Positions 1 to 9,300 of a DNA stretch of 64,000 nucleotides are shown here, in pieces. This stretch comes from Candidatus Multivorans sp. Lineage in GTDB: Bacteria > Acidobacteriota > Thermoanaerobaculia > Multivoradales > Multivoraceae. Below the pieces are notes generated by a model that ran no database searches, was not told the DNA's origin, and worked only from the letters and a program-made list of their open reading frames with translations. The position numbers were made by a program, and so were the translations under genes. The DNA is taken from assembly GCA_965205095.1 (NCBI GenBank), contig OZ242040.1, forward strand, positions 2,855,362 to 2,919,361, written 5' to 3'. How positions within the stretch are numbered: position 1 is the stretch's first letter; every line of letters starts with the position of its first letter.

Positions 1-43
1 GCCCACGCCAAAGCTGAGAACTGACTCCGCCCGCCTCCACGTC

Positions 44-265
44 TCAGAACCGGTAGCGCAATCCCGCCGACACACCCACATACCCGATCCCGTCGAACTC
101 CAGGTCGCTGTCGAACAGGCTGAGACTGCCGGCCGCGGCGGCGGGGCGGTCCGCCAGGGTCAGGGGCGGCGCCACGTCCTGGAAGCCCTGGGCGAGGGTC
201 TTGCGGACCAGGCTCGCCCGGTAGCGGAGGTTCGTGCGCGCCCAGCCGGCGCCGATGCCCGGCGA
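44..265 (-). other. A 73-codon frame continuing in the same frame beyond the TGA stop of the upstream hydrolase. It ends ...DLEFDGIGYVGVSAGLRYRF*, which looks like an outer-membrane beta-barrel C-terminus. No ATG is present, so this may be a gene remnant or a read-through tail.
   Basis: Manual translation of the reverse complement of 44-265. The terminal Phe and the alternating hydrophobic pattern are typical of an OMP C-terminus. It is in frame with the 266..1180 CDS. Confidence 0.2.
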
Positions 266-1180
266 TCAGGCCTTGGTCTGACCCTCGACGAACGGCAGCA
301 TCGCCGCGACGCACTCTGCCGGCTGCTCGAGCTGGAGCAGGTGCGTCGTGTCCGGAACGAAGTCGTAGTCGAGGGCCAGGATCTCTCCGAGATCCACCGT
401 TGGCAGAAAGGAGAACGGCACGGTGGGATCGGAGCCGATGATCTTCACGGGACAGGAAACGCGGCTCAGGTCCGCTGCCCTTGCCCATCGCGGACCTTCC
501 AGCGAGATGGTCGCTTCGTACTCCCTTGGGCAGCGCAGTTCGTAGCCGTCGCCGTTCGAGGCCTGGCGCAGCGTAGTGCGCGCGATGAGTTCGGGCGCGC
601 CGGGACATAGAAGCTGGAAGGCGGGGGCGCGAAGGACGCGGTCCACGAACTCCCCGCGGCTGGTGAAGCGCTCGCGGCGCCTCAGGGCGGCTTGGCCCAG
701 GTGGCGGAGCGTCGTCTCCACCTTCCGCACGTCCTCCGGCCGGCAGCCGGGTGGGCAGACGACCGGGTCGAAGAGGACGAGGGCGGAGTAGGCGGAACTG
801 CGCGTGGCGCCAATGAGCGCCGATTGCGCCGACACGGAGTGGAAGACGCCTATCTTCGGCCTGGCCCCGAAGTGCAGGTCGATCGCTGCCGCGATGTGGC
901 CGTGGTCGTCGACGAATGTCTCGATGCCGTGGTTCTCGCGGTTGCCGACCAGGTTCCAGCCGTGATTGCGGAGGTCGAAGAGAACGACGTCGAACCGGTC
1001 CGTGAGCAGCGACCAGAACGGGTAGTAGGCGTCGGCCGCGAAGCCGTTGCAGTGGCTGACCACGAGCCGCGGGCCGCAGGGGTTGCCGTGCCGCCTGAGA
1101 ACGATGAATTCGCCGTCGGCCGTGCAGGCCTCGGCCGTCGCCAGGGGCTCCGGCACTTGCCACCGGGTTTGTTCCGCCAT
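266..1180 (-). CDS. alpha/beta-fold hydrolase
   Basis: This is the C-terminal 305 aa of ORF 266..1891, starting at the ATG at 1178-1180 (MAEQTRWQ...). It has an HGW oxyanion motif and a GxSxG-like nucleophile elbow (HSVSAQS). The upstream part of the long ORF is Arg-rich antisense junk that overlaps the next gene. Confidence 0.6.
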   Translation of the reverse strand: MAEQTRWQVPEPLATAEACTADGEFIVLRRHGNPCGPRLVVSHCNGFAADAYYPFWSLLTDRFDVVLFDLRNHGWNLVGNRENHGIETFVDDHGHIAAAIDLHFGARPKIGVFHSVSAQSALIGATRSSAYSALVLFDPVVCPPGCRPEDVRKVETTLRHLGQAALRRRERFTSRGEFVDRVLRAPAFQLLCPGAPELIARTTLRQASNGDGYELRCPREYEATISLEGPRWARAADLSRVSCPVKIIGSDPTVPFSFLPTVDLGEILALDYDFVPDTTHLLQLEQPAECVAAMLPFVEGQTKA

Positions 1181-1191
1181 TCGCCGGGATC

Positions 1192-1923
1192 CTACGGTCG
1201 CCGGCAGACGAACAGCTCGTACTCCCCCGGTTCGATCTCCGAGTGATCGCAGTCCACGGCCTTCGCTTCGAAGCCGACCTCGGCGAGCAGATCGAGCCAC
1301 TCGGCACGGCGGAAGAGGCCCGTGACGTGCCGGTCGTGCACGACCTCGACGCTGCCGTCCGCCTCGCGCAGCACGAAGGCGTAGTCCGTCGTGATCGTCG
1401 TGTCCGTGGGGTCCGGGTCCCAGGTGTTCTCGAGGTAGTGGGCGCTCCGGTCCTCTCCGTCGCAACCGCCGCAGTCCGTACTGGGCTGGAAGTTCTCGCG
1501 CAGGTGGTCGGGCGCGAAGAGGGCGGCGCCGCCGGGCCGGCAGTGGACCCAGGCCGTTTCGATGGCGGCGCGCAGGTCCTCGAGCGTCGTCATGTAGTCG
1601 ATCGCGTCGTGGATGAAGACGCAGTCGAACGTCCGGTCGAGGCGGACCGTTCGCATGTCGCCCTCGACGTGCCGGCACTCGGGATTGAGCTGCCTGCTCA
1701 TCGCCAGCATCCCCGGTGACAGGTCGACGAGGGTCATCTCGAAGTGCGCCTTGAGGTGCGAGGCATTGTGGCCGCCGCCGCTGCCGAGTTCGAGGGCGCT
1801 GCGGGGGGCGCCGTCGGAGGCTTCGAGCAGGTGCCGGAGGTAGATGCCGGCTTCCTCCTGGTACTCGGCAGGTGGCGAGATGAGCGGCCACCAGGGGGCG
1901 ATTTCGGCATAGAGCTTGGGCAT
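1192..1923 (-). CDS. class I SAM-dependent methyltransferase
   Basis: ORF 1192..1923. It carries the SAM-binding motif ELGSGGGH followed by acidic loop motifs typical of the Methyltransf_11/12/23 folds. Confidence 0.65.
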   Translation of the reverse strand: MPKLYAEIAPWWPLISPPAEYQEEAGIYLRHLLEASDGAPRSALELGSGGGHNASHLKAHFEMTLVDLSPGMLAMSRQLNPECRHVEGDMRTVRLDRTFDCVFIHDAIDYMTTLEDLRAAIETAWVHCRPGGAALFAPDHLRENFQPSTDCGGCDGEDRSAHYLENTWDPDPTDTTITTDYAFVLREADGSVEVVHDRHVTGLFRRAEWLDLLAEVGFEAKAVDCDHSEIEPGEYELFVCRRP

Positions 1924-1937
1924 GAGTCGTGGAGGAT

Positions 1938-1997
1938 ACGGGCTCGCCGCTTCGCGGCGTCGCGCGGATGCCGGCGAGGGCGCCGGCGCACCCGGTG
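1938..1997. repeat. REP-like repeat copy A: hairpin module CGCCGC-ttc-GCGGCG + GATGCCGGCGAGGGCGCCGGCGCACCCGGTG
   Basis: Near-identical to 2733-2793 (copy B). Shares modules with the other copies. Confidence 0.75.
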
Positions 1998-2004
1998 CGG
2001 AGAG

Positions 2005-2706
2005 TCAGCCCGAGTGCGAGGAGGTCGAGGCGGCGATGATGGCGGGCATGACGGCGGCTGCGGCGACGGCGGCTTGCGCGGCCTCGACGGCGTTGGACGT
2101 GGCCTTGCCGATGACGTCTCCCTTGGTGAGGCTCTTGATGCGCTGCTTGCGGGGCCTCAGTTCCCGGCGGCCGAAGGTCGGGTTGAGCAGGCCCACCGCG
2201 TGCGCGAGCGCGGCCAGGACGACCGTCCGGGGCTCGACTTCCCGGTCGTCGCTGAAGATCGCTGTCCGCAGGCGCTCGATGATCTCCCGCTCCGGGCCCG
2301 GGTCGATTTCCGGGAAGACGCGTCGCTTGAAGATGAGGAGGATCTCCTGCTCATCCGCCCGCAGGATTCGCCGGGCGCAGAGCTGTTCCGCAACCCGGTG
2401 GTGGAGCTTCTTCGTGGAGGAGAAGCGCGTGATCCAGGTCTGGATCGAAGCCCGCCGCTTGGCGGACCGGATTCTCTTCAGGCACTCGTTGAGGATGGCG
2501 TCTTCGGTGCGGCGGATCTCGCGGACCTCGACCAGCTTGCGCCAGCGGCGCGACTCGTCGATGCGGATGCGCTCCTGGAGCAGGAGTTCGGCGGCCATCG
2601 CGCCGCCGAGTCCGATGCTCGTGTGGGCGCCGCCCAGGGTGCCCTTCGTGTCGTGCAGGGCGAGGAGCAGCAGTTCTTCGTGGAGGTGCAGGGGGGTGTG
2701 CCGCAT
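2005..2706 (-). CDS. GPP34/GOLPH3-family protein
   Basis: ORF 2005..2706. The N-terminal segment EELLLLALHDTKGTL... matches the bacterial GPP34 family signature. Confidence 0.55.
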   Translation of the reverse strand: MRHTPLHLHEELLLLALHDTKGTLGGAHTSIGLGGAMAAELLLQERIRIDESRRWRKLVEVREIRRTEDAILNECLKRIRSAKRRASIQTWITRFSSTKKLHHRVAEQLCARRILRADEQEILLIFKRRVFPEIDPGPEREIIERLRTAIFSDDREVEPRTVVLAALAHAVGLLNPTFGRRELRPRKQRIKSLTKGDVIGKATSNAVEAAQAAVAAAAVMPAIIAASTSSHSG

Positions 2707-2732
2707 CGTGTTGGGAGGCTAGCAGCGGGCGG

Positions 2733-2793
2733 TACGGGCTCGCCGCTTCGCGGCGTCGCCAAGATGCCGGCCAGAAGGCCGGCGCACCCAGTG
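2733..2793. repeat. REP-like repeat copy B
   Basis: tacgggctcgccgcttcgcggcgtcgc...gatgccggcc...ggccggcgcacccagtg, between the GH15 and GPP34 genes. Confidence 0.75.
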
Positions 2794-2794
2794 A

Positions 2795-4600
2795 TCAGAA
2801 GGCCTCGCTCCAGGGGCGGCTGAGGCGCAGGGCGGAGTTGATCAGGCCGACCATCGAGTAGGTCTGGGGGAAGTTGCCCCAGAGTTCGCCGGTCTCCGGG
2901 TCGAGGTCCTCGGAGAGAAGTCCCACCGGGTTGCGGCGGTCGAGCATCTGCTGGAACAGCTCGCGGGCTTCCTCGCGGCGGCCGAGGGCGTTGATCGCGT
3001 CGATGTACCAGAAGCTGCAGACGGCGAAGGAGGTGGCCGGGGAACCGAAGTCGTCCTCCCGGTAGCGGAAGAAGTGGCTGCCGGAACGCAGCGGCTCGAG
3101 GGACTCGACGGTGGCCGCGAAGCAGGGATCGTCGGCGTCGAGGAAGCCCAGGTCGTGGAGCAGGAGCAGGCTGGCGTCGATACCCTCGCCGTCCAGCGTG
3201 GCGGCGAGGCCGCCGCCTTCGGTCTCGGCGTGCCGGAGGACATGCGAACGGATCGCTTCGGCCTGGTTCGTCCAGTGCCGCTGACGATCGGCCAGGCCGA
3301 GCGCCCTCGCGATGCGCGCCAGGCGGTCGCAGGCGGCCCAGCACATCACGCTCGAGAAGGTGTGGACGGCGCTCCGCTGCCGGAACTCCCAGAGACCGGC
3401 GTCGGGTTGGTCGAACAGGGCCACGGCCTGGTCGCCGAGCTGTTCCAGCCAGCCGAACACGCGCCGGTTGCCGGGCTTGACCAGCCGGCGGTCGAAGAAG
3501 CTCTGGGTGACGGAGAGAATCGCGCTGCCGTAGCTGTCGTTCTGGAGCTGACGCCAGGCGTCGTTTCCGACCCGGACCGGCGGCATGCCGCGGTAGCCCG
3601 GCAGGCCGTCGACTGTGCGCTCGGTGAGTTCCCGCTCGAACTTGATGCCGTAGACCGGCTGCAGAACGCCGCCCTCGGCGGCAGCGGCGAGGTTCGTGAT
3701 GTAGCCGAGGTAGCCCTCCATCGTTCGCGTGGCGCCCAGGCGGTTGAGCGCCTGGACGACGAAGTGGGAGTCCCGCAGCCAGCAGAAACGGTAGTCCCAG
3801 TTGCGGCCGCTGTCCGGCGCTTCGGGGATCGAGGTGGTCATCGCCGCGAGCACGGCCCCGGTCTCCTCGAAACTGCAGAGCTGGAGCGTGATCGCGGCGC
3901 GGATCACCGCCTCCTGCCACTCGAAGGGCACCGCCAGGTGGCGCACGAACTCGCGCCACCAGGTCTCCGTCCGGCTCCGGAACTCGCGCGCCACCGAGTC
4001 GACGGGGTCGGTCAGGCTCTCGTCCGGTCCGAGCAGCAGGGTGAGCGGCTGTTCCAGGACGAAGGAGATCTCGTCGGTGATCAGCGAGACCGGCGCATCG
4101 GTGGTCAACCGAAGCGTCAGGGCGGGTCCGACGTAGCGGATGTGGTTGCTGCCGCGGGTTACTTCGGGGCGGCGCGAACCGTAGTCGAACCGCGGCCGCA
4201 GCCGGATGCGGATGCGCGGCTCGCCGGAGAGCCGCTCGACCGTGCGGACGATCATCGTTGGCCGGAAGGAACGGCCGAACTGCTCGAAGCGAGGCGCGAA
4301 GTCGGTGATCCGGACCGCGGCGCCGTTGCCGTCGCGGAGCGTCGTCACCAGGATCGCGGTGTTCTCCAGGTACTGCTGCTCGCTTTCACGGAACCCTTCG
4401 AGCAGCACGTCGAAGAAGCCGCCGGCCTCGGGGTCGCCGTCCCTGTCGTCCTTGCCGCCGAGGAGGGAATGGAAGACGGGGTCGCCGTCGAAGTGGGGCA
4501 GGCAGGCCCAGCAGATCCGGCCGCGCGGGTCGATCAGGGCACCGAAGCCGCAATTGCCGATCACGCCGCCGTCGAGCGGCCGCGCGTCACCGGTCGTCAT
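2795..4600 (-). CDS. glycoside hydrolase family 15 (glucoamylase/trehalase-like)
   Basis: 601-aa ORF with GH15 hallmarks (IGNCGFGALID... WLRDS... catalytic-domain alpha/alpha toroid motifs). Its ATG overlaps the otsB stop in an ATGA arrangement at 4597-4600. Confidence 0.8.
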   Translation of the reverse strand: MTTGDARPLDGGVIGNCGFGALIDPRGRICWACLPHFDGDPVFHSLLGGKDDRDGDPEAGGFFDVLLEGFRESEQQYLENTAILVTTLRDGNGAAVRITDFAPRFEQFGRSFRPTMIVRTVERLSGEPRIRIRLRPRFDYGSRRPEVTRGSNHIRYVGPALTLRLTTDAPVSLITDEISFVLEQPLTLLLGPDESLTDPVDSVAREFRSRTETWWREFVRHLAVPFEWQEAVIRAAITLQLCSFEETGAVLAAMTTSIPEAPDSGRNWDYRFCWLRDSHFVVQALNRLGATRTMEGYLGYITNLAAAAEGGVLQPVYGIKFERELTERTVDGLPGYRGMPPVRVGNDAWRQLQNDSYGSAILSVTQSFFDRRLVKPGNRRVFGWLEQLGDQAVALFDQPDAGLWEFRQRSAVHTFSSVMCWAACDRLARIARALGLADRQRHWTNQAEAIRSHVLRHAETEGGGLAATLDGEGIDASLLLLHDLGFLDADDPCFAATVESLEPLRSGSHFFRYREDDFGSPATSFAVCSFWYIDAINALGRREEARELFQQMLDRRNPVGLLSEDLDPETGELWGNFPQTYSMVGLINSALRLSRPWSEAF

Positions 4601-5400
4601 GGGCCCGCCAGCCGCTCGCGCAGCGCCTCCAGCCAGCGGTGCAACTCCCGCACACCGCCCAGGCCGTGCCTGGCGACGCTGTCGCGGCTGCCGTCCGGCT
4701 CCAGGCCGACGACGATCGCTGCGCCGCCGCCGCCCTGGGCGGCTTCGAACCCTTCCTCGTCGGTGATGTCGTCGCCGATGAACACGGGCGCTCGTCCGCG
4801 GAAGGGCGCTTCGGCCATGAAGTCCTCGACCACCGTGCGCTTGTTCGGGCGGTGCGGCTTGAGTTCGAGCACCATCTTGCCCTCCTGCACCCGGTAGCCC
4901 GAACCGAGTGCGGCGCGCACCCGCTCCATCGCCTCGCGGGCCGGGGCCTCTGCGTAGGCCGCGCGGCGGTAGTGGAGCGCCAGGGTCGCCGACTTGTCCT
5001 CCAGCAGCGTGCCCGGATGCTCGTCGACGAAGCGCTCCAGGTTCCGCCGCGCCGGTTCGAGCGCGGCCGAGCCGTCGCTCCGGCTGACCGCGCCGGCCGC
5101 CGACCGCCGCTCCAGGCCGTGCAGTCCCGCCGCCGGAAGGGCCAGCGGCGCGAAGAAGCGGTCGAGCACGTCGAGTGACCGGCCGCTGGCGAGCGCGAGC
5201 GCACCGTCGAGGCTCTCGCTGAGGCGGGCCAGCAGGCTGCCGACGCCTTCGTCGACATGGACCGCGTCGGGCGCCTCGGCGATCTCGATCAGGGTGCCGT
5301 CCACGTCCAGGAACAGGGCCCAGGAATCGGGCGGCGGCGCGGCGGAGCCCGTTTCCAGGAGGGCCCAGGCGGTGCGTGGCGGATGCGCTCTCTGCTTCAC
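4597..5400 (-). CDS. otsB: trehalose-6-phosphate phosphatase (HAD superfamily)
   Basis: ORF 4597..5400 with the LFLDVDGTL HAD motif I and OtsB-like length and context. It is divergent from otsA. Confidence 0.75.
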   Translation of the reverse strand: MKQRAHPPRTAWALLETGSAAPPPDSWALFLDVDGTLIEIAEAPDAVHVDEGVGSLLARLSESLDGALALASGRSLDVLDRFFAPLALPAAGLHGLERRSAAGAVSRSDGSAALEPARRNLERFVDEHPGTLLEDKSATLALHYRRAAYAEAPAREAMERVRAALGSGYRVQEGKMVLELKPHRPNKRTVVEDFMAEAPFRGRAPVFIGDDITDEEGFEAAQGGGGAAIVVGLEPDGSRDSVARHGLGGVRELHRWLEALRERLAGP

Positions 5401-5438
5401 ATGCCCCCCGACCGAGATCCCTTACGATACTGAAACCG

Positions 5439-6836
5439 ATGGCCCCTCAGGATCTGCCGGCTGCCCAGCAGTCGGAACTGGTGATTGTCGCCAACACCTT
5501 GCCCGTGCGTCGCGAGGAGGTGGATGGGGAACTGGGCTGGGCGCAAAGTCCCGGCGGCCTCGTCAGCGCCCTGTCGCCGATCGTGCGCGAGGCGGGCGGG
5601 TGCTGGGTGGGCTGGACCGGCGGCGCGGACGACGCGCCCGAGCCGTTCCGGCACGAAGGCATCCTGAACGTCGCGGTTCCGGTGTCGGAGGCGGAGGTCG
5701 CCGGCTCCTACCAGGGCATGTGCAACTCGACCCTGTGGCCGCTCTACCACGACGCGGTGCGGCCGCCCGAGTACCACCGCCACTGGTGGAACCCGTACGT
5801 CGCGGTCAACCGCCGCTTCGCCGAGGAGGCCGCGCGCCGTACCGCGCCCGGCGGCCGGGTGTGGATCCAGGACTACCACCTCCAGCTCGTGCCGCGGATG
5901 CTGCGCGAGCTGCGGCCGGACATCAGCTCCGGCTTCTTCCTGCACATCCCGTTCCCGCCGATCGAACTGTTCCTGCGCCTGCCGTGGCGGCGGGCGGTGC
6001 TGGAGGGACTGCTCGGCGCCGACGTGATCGGCTTCCAGACGCCGGCCGGCGCCTACAACTTCACGCGGCTCGCCGACCGGCTGATCGAGGCGGAGCCCCA
6101 GGGCGAGACGATCCGCTACCAGGGCCGCGACATCCGGGTCGGCGCCTTTCCGATCTCCATCGACACGGACCGCTACGCGAACGCGGCGCTGGCGCCCGAG
6201 ATCCGGGAGCGCGCCGAGCAGCTCCAGCAGCTCCGCCGCGGGCGGAAGATCATCCTCTCCGTCGACCGGCTCGACTACACGAAGGGCATCGACCTGCGGC
6301 TCAAGGCGTTCCTCGAGTGGCTGGGTCGCGAGGACCGATCGATCCGCGACGCGGTGATGGTCCAGGTCGCGGTGCCCAGTCGCGAGCGCATCTCGGAGTA
6401 CCAGATCCTGCGGCGCGACGTGGAGGAACTCGTCGGTCAGATCAACGGCGAGTACGGCGAACTCGGCGTCGTGCCGGTCCAGTACTTCCGGCGCAACCTG
6501 CCGTTCGAGGAACTCATCGCCTTCTACCTCGTCGCCGACGTGATGCTGGTGACGCCCCTCTGCGACGGCATGAACCTGGTGGCCAAGGAGTACGTCGCCA
6601 CGCGGCTCGAAGACGACGGCGTCCTCGTGCTCTCCGAGTTCGCGGGCGCGGCAGCCGAGCTGCCGGACGCCCTGCTGGTCAATCCCCACGACGTGAACGC
6701 GATGGCGGCCACGATTGAACAGGCGATCACCCTCGACCCGGAGGATGGAACGCGGCGGATGAAGGCAATGCGCGAGGTGGTTCGCCGCCACTCCGTCCAC
6801 GAGTGGGCGGCGCAGTTCATCGAGGCCCTGACCTGA
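5439..6836 (+). CDS. otsA: alpha,alpha-trehalose-phosphate synthase (UDP-forming), GT20
   Basis: In-frame ATG at 5439 (MAPQDLPAAQQSELVIVANTLPV...) within ORF 5376..6836. GT20 OtsA signatures are present throughout. The track's 5376 start would overlap otsB, so I rejected it. Confidence 0.85.
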   Translation: MAPQDLPAAQQSELVIVANTLPVRREEVDGELGWAQSPGGLVSALSPIVREAGGCWVGWTGGADDAPEPFRHEGILNVAVPVSEAEVAGSYQGMCNSTLWPLYHDAVRPPEYHRHWWNPYVAVNRRFAEEAARRTAPGGRVWIQDYHLQLVPRMLRELRPDISSGFFLHIPFPPIELFLRLPWRRAVLEGLLGADVIGFQTPAGAYNFTRLADRLIEAEPQGETIRYQGRDIRVGAFPISIDTDRYANAALAPEIRERAEQLQQLRRGRKIILSVDRLDYTKGIDLRLKAFLEWLGREDRSIRDAVMVQVAVPSRERISEYQILRRDVEELVGQINGEYGELGVVPVQYFRRNLPFEELIAFYLVADVMLVTPLCDGMNLVAKEYVATRLEDDGVLVLSEFAGAAAELPDALLVNPHDVNAMAATIEQAITLDPEDGTRRMKAMREVVRRHSVHEWAAQFIEALT

Positions 6837-8074
6837 CGCGGTATGGAACGGCGGGGCGTGCAACCGTGAAGGCCGGGCAGCAGCGCGGAGCACCCCCAGT
6901 CAGTGATGCCGAAGCGGGGTTCGAGGTAGGCGAGGGCTTCGAACGCTTTTCGCAGAAGGACGACATCTTCTGCCGTTCGTTCTGGGACCCCGAGGTGCGG
7001 ACCTCCCGCTCGGACATGTTCTACGAGACGTACCGCACGCCGGAGCTGCGCTGGCGTCCGGTCGACGGGTTCACGCGGCGCGACTACGCGCTACGCAACG
7101 CTTCCTGGCACGTCACCGACCTGTTCGCGGAGCTGCGGGGAGACGCCGACCGTCGCGAGGGCTTCCTCGACCCCTACACGGTGCTCCGGGACGGTCCGGG
7201 TCCGCCGGACGAGAGCGACGAACCGGAGGATGTCCTCGCCGCTCGACTCGCCGCCGATCTGAAGACGGCCGCCCACGCGCTGGGCGCCGACCTGATCGGC
7301 ATTACTGCAAACGACGAGCGCTGGGTGTACACACACGCGTACTCGCGGGAGAACGAGACGGAGAAACCGCAGGAGCTCCCGGGCGAACTCGGGAATGTCG
7401 TCGTCATTGCGCAGGCGATGGACCGGGGTCTGGTGGAGACCGTGCCGTCGGCCCTGAGCGGGACGGCGACAGGGGTCGGTTACAGCAGCGACACGGTGGT
7501 GCTGCTCGCGATCGCCCAGTACATCCTGAACATGGGCTACGCCGCGGTGCCGACGATGAACGACACGGCGCTGGCGATTCCGCTCGCGATCAAGGCGGGG
7601 CTGGGCGAATACGGCCGTCACGGGCTGCTGATCACCAGGGAGTTCGGCCCCAGGGTGCGGCTCGGGAAGATCTTCACCGACATGCCCCTGGCGCACGACC
7701 GTCCGTTGCGCTTCGGGGTGCGCGAGACCTGCGACGTGTGCCGCGCGTGTTCGGATGCCTGCCCGCCGAAGGCCATCGCGATGGACGCACCGGCGGACCG
7801 GATCTACAACATCTCCAACATCCGCGGCGTGAGGAAGTGGACGACGGACGCCGAGAAGTGCTTCCGGTTCTGGTCGAACCAGAACACCGACTGCTCGATC
7901 TGCGTCAGGGTCTGCCCCTACAACCGGGACTACTCCAGGCGCCTCAGCCGGCTCTGGAGGTGGATGGCGGGGACTCGCCTGCGCCGGCTCGCCCTCTGGC
8001 TCGACCGCCGGAGCGGCCGCGGACGGAGGGTTGAGCCCCAGACGTGGTGGGGCCGCGCCCTGCCTGGCTGGTAG
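6803..8074 (+). CDS. reductive dehalogenase / QueG-superfamily iron-sulfur protein (RdhA-like, non-respiratory type)
   Basis: The C-terminus has two ferredoxin-type motifs: CDVCRACSDACP, then C-x12-CSICVRVCPYNR (RdhA/QueG pattern). It also has LITREFGPRVRLGKIFTDMPL, which resembles the conserved RdhA core. There is no Tat signal and no rdhB neighbour. The start is uncertain: an alternative in-frame GTG at 6866 avoids a 34-nt overlap with otsA. Confidence 0.55.
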   Translation: MGGAVHRGPDLTRYGTAGRATVKAGQQRGAPPVSDAEAGFEVGEGFERFSQKDDIFCRSFWDPEVRTSRSDMFYETYRTPELRWRPVDGFTRRDYALRNASWHVTDLFAELRGDADRREGFLDPYTVLRDGPGPPDESDEPEDVLAARLAADLKTAAHALGADLIGITANDERWVYTHAYSRENETEKPQELPGELGNVVVIAQAMDRGLVETVPSALSGTATGVGYSSDTVVLLAIAQYILNMGYAAVPTMNDTALAIPLAIKAGLGEYGRHGLLITREFGPRVRLGKIFTDMPLAHDRPLRFGVRETCDVCRACSDACPPKAIAMDAPADRIYNISNIRGVRKWTTDAEKCFRFWSNQNTDCSICVRVCPYNRDYSRRLSRLWRWMAGTRLRRLALWLDRRSGRGRRVEPQTWWGRALPGW

Positions 8075-8168
8075 GCTTGAACGTAGCGTCCGGCCGCCGA
8101 GCGCAGGAGAACAGGAGGAAAGGCCGAACGGAATAGCGACTCTGCCCGTCCCGTTCGGATCCAATGCC

Positions 8169-9260
8169 ATGTGGATCAAGAAGTACGACCCCGCCCGTTA
8201 CCTCCCCTCCGACTCCGGTGTCGCGCTGCCGAGCAGCGAGCCGACGCCGCGCGACGTCTACATGGACCGGCGCAAGTTCGTGGCCGCGGCCACGGTCGGC
8301 ATCGCCGGCGCGTCGCCCCTGGCCGCCCAATTCCGCCAGCAGGTGCCGGCGCCTCCTCCGGCGCCGCCGATCGAGGACAAGCTGAAGCCGGCCCTCGAGA
8401 GGCCTGATGTGTACGGCGCCGAGCTCAGCGCGCGGCCCAAGCGGAACACGAAGTTCGCGGATCCGCCGGCCAGCATCGGCGGTGAACTGACGCCGCGCGA
8501 GGCGGCGGGCAGCCACAACAACTTCTACGAGTTCTATCCCGGTCGTGGCGGCCCGGTATGGAAGTTCGCCGGCAAGTTCACCGTCGAGCCCTGGAAGGTC
8601 GAGGTCACGGGCCTCTGCGACAACCCGATGACGCTCGATCTCGACGACATCTTCGGCTTCGAGCACGAGGAGCGGCTCTACCACTTCCGCTGCGTCGAGC
8701 GCTGGGCCATGAACGTGCCCTGGAGCGGCTTCCCCCTCAGCAAGCTGATCGAGAAGGCGCAACCGAAGTCGTCAGCCAGGCATGTCCGTTTCTTCACTGC
8801 TCTCAAGCGGGACCAGATGCCGGGCGTCAGGGAGGCCCACTGGTACCAGTGGCCCTACTTCGAAGCTCTCCGCATGGATGAGGCGATGAACGAGCTGGCC
8901 TTTGTCGCCACCGGCATCTACGGCGAGCCGCTGGTCAAGCAACACGGTGCGCCGCTGCGGCTCGCGATCCCGTGGAAGTACGGCTACAAGAGCGCGAAGT
9001 CGATCGTGAAGATCGAGTTCGTGGCCGAGGAGCCGAAGATCTTCTGGCAGATTCAGCCGCACGAGTACGGCTACCTCTCCAACGTGAACCCGAACATTCC
9101 GCATCCACGCTGGAGCCAGGCGACCTCGCACTGGCTGCACAACAGCCAGCCGTTCGAGACACCGATCTTCAACGGCTACGGCGAGTACGTCTCGAAGCTC
9201 TATCCCGAGGAGCCGACCACGATGCAGCGCGCGCTGCGCCAGGGTCAGGTCGCCCGGTAG
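8169..9260 (+). CDS. msrP: protein-methionine-sulfoxide reductase catalytic subunit MsrP (YedY, molybdopterin)
   Basis: In-frame ATG at 8169 inside ORF 8031..9260. The N-terminal leader is followed by the Tat motif MDRRKFVAAATVG. Conserved NNFYEF, RCVE-WAMNVPW-G and PWKYGYKS-K blocks match E. coli YedY throughout. Confidence 0.85.
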   Translation: MWIKKYDPARYLPSDSGVALPSSEPTPRDVYMDRRKFVAAATVGIAGASPLAAQFRQQVPAPPPAPPIEDKLKPALERPDVYGAELSARPKRNTKFADPPASIGGELTPREAAGSHNNFYEFYPGRGGPVWKFAGKFTVEPWKVEVTGLCDNPMTLDLDDIFGFEHEERLYHFRCVERWAMNVPWSGFPLSKLIEKAQPKSSARHVRFFTALKRDQMPGVREAHWYQWPYFEALRMDEAMNELAFVATGIYGEPLVKQHGAPLRLAIPWKYGYKSAKSIVKIEFVAEEPKIFWQIQPHEYGYLSNVNPNIPHPRWSQATSHWLHNSQPFETPIFNGYGEYVSKLYPEEPTTMQRALRQGQVAR

Positions 9261-9300
9261 GGCGCTAGACGGAGAACACGGCCGGTTCGTATCTGTAGTC

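Noticed and set aside
2478-3959. 493-aa and similar Arg/Pro/Gly-rich ORFs (e.g. 9265..10929, 16015..17472, 25734..26690, 55461..56387, 26676..28892, 31214..32884, 35382..37034)
   Set aside because: Low-complexity composition lying antisense or out of frame to well-supported genes (GH15, ampG, ALDH, hemCD, ADH, ACE, mdh, CRTAC1). These are GC-driven artefacts.
5376-5438. Longer N-terminus for otsA (MADALSASHAPRPRSLTILKP)
   Set aside because: It would overlap the divergent otsB start. The ATG at 5439 gives a canonical OtsA N-terminus.
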